A stretch of DNA of 64,000 nucleotides from Candidatus Omnitrophota bacterium. Lineage in GTDB: Bacteria > Omnitrophota > Gorgyraeia > Gygaellales > Profunditerraquicolaceae. The DNA lies in the NCBI GenBank assembly GCA_026387335.1, contig JAPLLX010000004.1:189485-253484 (forward strand), read 5' to 3'. Positions 61,273-64,000 of the stretch are shown here, in pieces (the stretch's first letter is position 1; each line of letters opens with the position of its first letter). The notes beneath the pieces were generated by a model. It worked only from the letters and a program-made list of their open reading frames with translations. It was not told the origin of the DNA and searched no databases. The position numbers were made by a program, and so were the translations under genes.

Positions 61273-63204
61273 CTATTTATAGGCCAGGGCAAGGACAAAC
61301 TTATCCATAATCCCGCCTTCATCCAGGAAACGCGAGAGCTGCGTAAAGACTGTGCCCCCTCCATCCATAAAACTTCTGGGTGAACGGTCAATATGCGGTT
61401 TAAGCAAAAACAGGTTTTCTTTTGCCCGGGTCGCCGCAACATAAAAAAGCCGGCGCTCTTCTTCAATACTCTCTTCATCCTCTAAAGATAAATATGAAGG
61501 CAGGTGTCCTTCGGCAACATAGATAAGAAATACCGTATGCCACTCTAAGCCCTTGGCAGAGTGAATTGTTGAAAGTGTAAGTGAAGAGTCGCCTTTATCT
61601 TTTAAACCCGCCTCAAAAATACTGCGCTCCGGAGGCTCTAAAGCCATATCCGTTAAAAACTGCTCTAAAGATTTATACCGCGATGAAATACGCAATAATG
61701 AATCCAGGTCATTTATCCTTTTGTGAAAATCATCGTATTTATGTTTAAGCAACGGCTGATAATATTCCAAGAATTTTTCAATGATTTTAGCGGGACCTTG
61801 CTGGATAGGATCAATTTGTTTTAATATCTCAAAAAGCTTGTTTAACTCATCCCTGTTTTTTATGATGCCACCCTGACCAGCCTTATTTTTGTCTATAGCG
61901 AGACTGTTTATTATTTTCTCTGCGCTTTTAGGCCCTATCCCGGGGATTAATAACAGCGCGCGCAGCCAGCTTACCTGATCAGAAACATTATAGACGATGC
62001 GTAAATATGAGATAATATCCTTAATGTGCGCAGCCTCCACAAATTTTTGCCCGCCGTATTTAACAAACGGGATATTGCGGCCGGCTAATTCTACTTCCAA
62101 GTCATTTGAATGCCAGCCTGAACGGAATAATACCGCCATATCTTTTAAATCAACCCCTTCTTCCCTCAACTCCAATATTTTATCCGCGATATAACGGGAT
62201 TGGGCGTTTTCATCATCGGCGTCAATGAAAACCGGCTGTTCTCCTCCTTTTTTTCTGGTATAAAGGTTCTTCTCAAATTTTTCTTTTGCTCTTCCAATCA
62301 CCTCATTCGTCAGGTTTAGAATGGCTTGAGTTGAGCGATAATTCTCTTCCAGAGTTATGACCTTAGTATTCTTAAAGAGCCGGGGGAAATCCATTATATT
62401 CCTGAAGTTTGCGCCCCTGAAAGAATAAATACTCTGCGCATCGTCGCCGACAACCATGATGTTTTTATGGACCGCGGCCAGAAGACAGGTAATCTGCGCC
62501 TGAAGTTTATTGGTATCCTGATATTCATCAACCATGATATATTTGTATTTGCGGGAAAGGTAGAAACGGACATCTTCGTGATCACTTAAAAGGTTTTTTA
62601 AATAAACCAGGAGGTCATCATAATCTAAAAGTGATTTTGCGGCCTTATATTTGCGGTATTCTGCGCGGATTTTCTTAATCTCATCGCCAAATTCCAGAAA
62701 CTGCGGGTATTCATCGTACAAGACATCTTCCAGCTTTTCGGATTTATTGATACTCTTAGAAATCACCTCTAAAATGGCTCTTTTTCTGGGAAAGCGCTTT
62801 TCAGTTTTATTAAAACCCAATTGGGTGCGGATTAAATTTATTGTATCTTCGGCGTCAGATTCATCCAGAATAGAAAAACTGCTTGAGAGGCCCAATACTC
62901 TGGCGTGCCTTCTCAAGGTAGCGTTGGCAAATGAATGAAAGGTGCCTCCTGAAACCCGCGAGCAGCGCTCATCCAAAAGCAGAGTCGCCCGGCGCAACAT
63001 CTCTTCGGCTGCCCGGCGGGTAAAGGTCAGCAGCAGGATCTCATCCGGCTTCACCCCTTTTTCCACCAGATGCGCCACCCGGTGCACCAATACACGCGTC
63101 TTTCCGCTGCCTGCTCCGGCAATCACCAGGTATGAGCCGTCAATTGATTCCACGGCTTCCAGCTGCGCCGGATTCAGTTCGTTTTTATAGTCTATTTTTT
63201 TCAC
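61273..63204 (-). CDS. UvrD/PcrA-family ATP-dependent helicase
   Basis: AGAGSGKT, DEYQDTN, TIHSAKGLEW, EERRLFYVA. Confidence 0.92.
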   Translation of the reverse strand: MKKIDYKNELNPAQLEAVESIDGSYLVIAGAGSGKTRVLVHRVAHLVEKGVKPDEILLLTFTRRAAEEMLRRATLLLDERCSRVSGGTFHSFANATLRRHARVLGLSSSFSILDESDAEDTINLIRTQLGFNKTEKRFPRKRAILEVISKSINKSEKLEDVLYDEYPQFLEFGDEIKKIRAEYRKYKAAKSLLDYDDLLVYLKNLLSDHEDVRFYLSRKYKYIMVDEYQDTNKLQAQITCLLAAVHKNIMVVGDDAQSIYSFRGANFRNIMDFPRLFKNTKVITLEENYRSTQAILNLTNEVIGRAKEKFEKNLYTRKKGGEQPVFIDADDENAQSRYIADKILELREEGVDLKDMAVLFRSGWHSNDLEVELAGRNIPFVKYGGQKFVEAAHIKDIISYLRIVYNVSDQVSWLRALLLIPGIGPKSAEKIINSLAIDKNKAGQGGIIKNRDELNKLFEILKQIDPIQQGPAKIIEKFLEYYQPLLKHKYDDFHKRINDLDSLLRISSRYKSLEQFLTDMALEPPERSIFEAGLKDKGDSSLTLSTIHSAKGLEWHTVFLIYVAEGHLPSYLSLEDEESIEEERRLFYVAATRAKENLFLLKPHIDRSPRSFMDGGGTVFTQLSRFLDEGGIMDKFVLALAYK

Positions 63205-64000
63205 GAATCTTTCTTTTGCTTCTGCTTTTCTTCAAGAAGTTTCTGGGTGATCTCCTGCGGGACTTGCTGGTATTTAGAAAACTCCATCGTGGCATTGGCC
63301 CGGCCGCTGGATAGAGAGCGGAAAGCCGTGGCGTAACCAAACATCTCGGATAAAGGGGCTTCGGCGCTTATAACTTCCTGTTTGCCTTTGGCAGTCATAC
63401 CCAGGATCTTGCCGCGGCGCGAACAGATATAGCCGATACAGGCGTTAAGATATTCTTCGGGGGTCACAACTTCCAGGGACATATACGGCTCAAGCAATAT
63501 CGGGGACGCCTTCATAAACGCCTCTTTAAAACCAAAGATGCCGGCCATTTTAAAAGCCAGCTCCGAGGAATCTACTTCATGGAACGAGCCGTCATACAAC
63601 TCTACTTTCACATCTACCACCGGGAATCCTACATACACGCCATTTTGCATAGCTTCAATCACGCCTTTTTCTACTGCCGGGATAAATGAACGGGGTATCG
63701 CCCCTCCTTTTATATTATCAATAAACTCAAAACCCTCACCTGTTTGAGCGGGAATCAATCTTAATAGAACATGGCCGTATTGGCCGCGGCCGCCGGATTG
63801 CTTAATATACTTACCCTCGCCTTCGGATTTTTCGAGTATGGTCTCCCTGTACGCGACTTTAGGCTGGCCAACAATCGCTTCCACTCCGAATTCGGTTTTT
63901 AACCTGTCCACGACAATCTCTAAGTGCAGTTCGCCCATTCCGGTAAGGACAACTTCTTTAGTTTCAGCGTCGGTATTCACTAAAAATGTCGGGTCCTCTT
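63201..64000 (-). CDS. fusA: Elongation factor G, C-terminal part (5'-truncated by the window)
   Basis: EDPTF, GMGELHLE, KQSGGRGQYGHV, DSSELAF. Confidence 0.93.
   Translation of the reverse strand, partial: EDPTFLVNTDAETKEVVLTGMGELHLEIVVDRLKTEFGVEAIVGQPKVAYRETILEKSEGEGKYIKQSGGRGQYGHVLLRLIPAQTGEGFEFIDNIKGGAIPRSFIPAVEKGVIEAMQNGVYVGFPVVDVKVELYDGSFHEVDSSELAFKMAGIFGFKEAFMKASPILLEPYMSLEVVTPEEYLNACIGYICSRRGKILGMTAKGKQEVISAEAPLSEMFGYATAFRSLSSGRANATMEFSKYQQVPQEITQKLLEEKQKQKKDS

Overview
Bacterial chromosomal segment; gene content and architecture suggest Candidatus Omnitrophota (inference). The first 19.5 kb is one minus-strand ORF missing from the ORF track: ATG at 19551, in frame with the window edge and with no stop seen in the segments I translated, so at least 6,517 aa. 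By-eye motifs in this giant protein, N to C: signal-like N-terminus, C39-like peptidase followed by a double-glycine-type motif, Gly/Ala-rich hydrophobic tracts, peptidoglycan-binding domain, degenerate SecA/SF2-like ATPase, HExxH, a second C39-like domain with a similar motif, LysM, JAB/MPN-like motif and a J-domain-like segment. C-terminal modules are separated by a recurrent SS(S)P linker, and one module carries two nested same-strand ORFs with strong RBSs. Upstream are a sigma70 promoter and a c-di-GMP-I riboswitch with an overlapping terminator. Next is a Tad locus with about 13 pilin-like genes, a TadZ-TadA fusion, a secretin-TonB fusion and an apparently domesticated IS1380-like protein, then a FIST/kinase/REC-GGDEF operon. 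The rest is mostly housekeeping: three tRNAs, gltX, 2-oxoacid oxidoreductase subunits, dxs, xseAB, ymdB, rny, iscU, a free-standing LAGLIDADG gene, a UvrD-like helicase and partial fusA. Two palindromic repeat families and a broken four-helix-bundle element are also present. All domain calls are manual, not database results.
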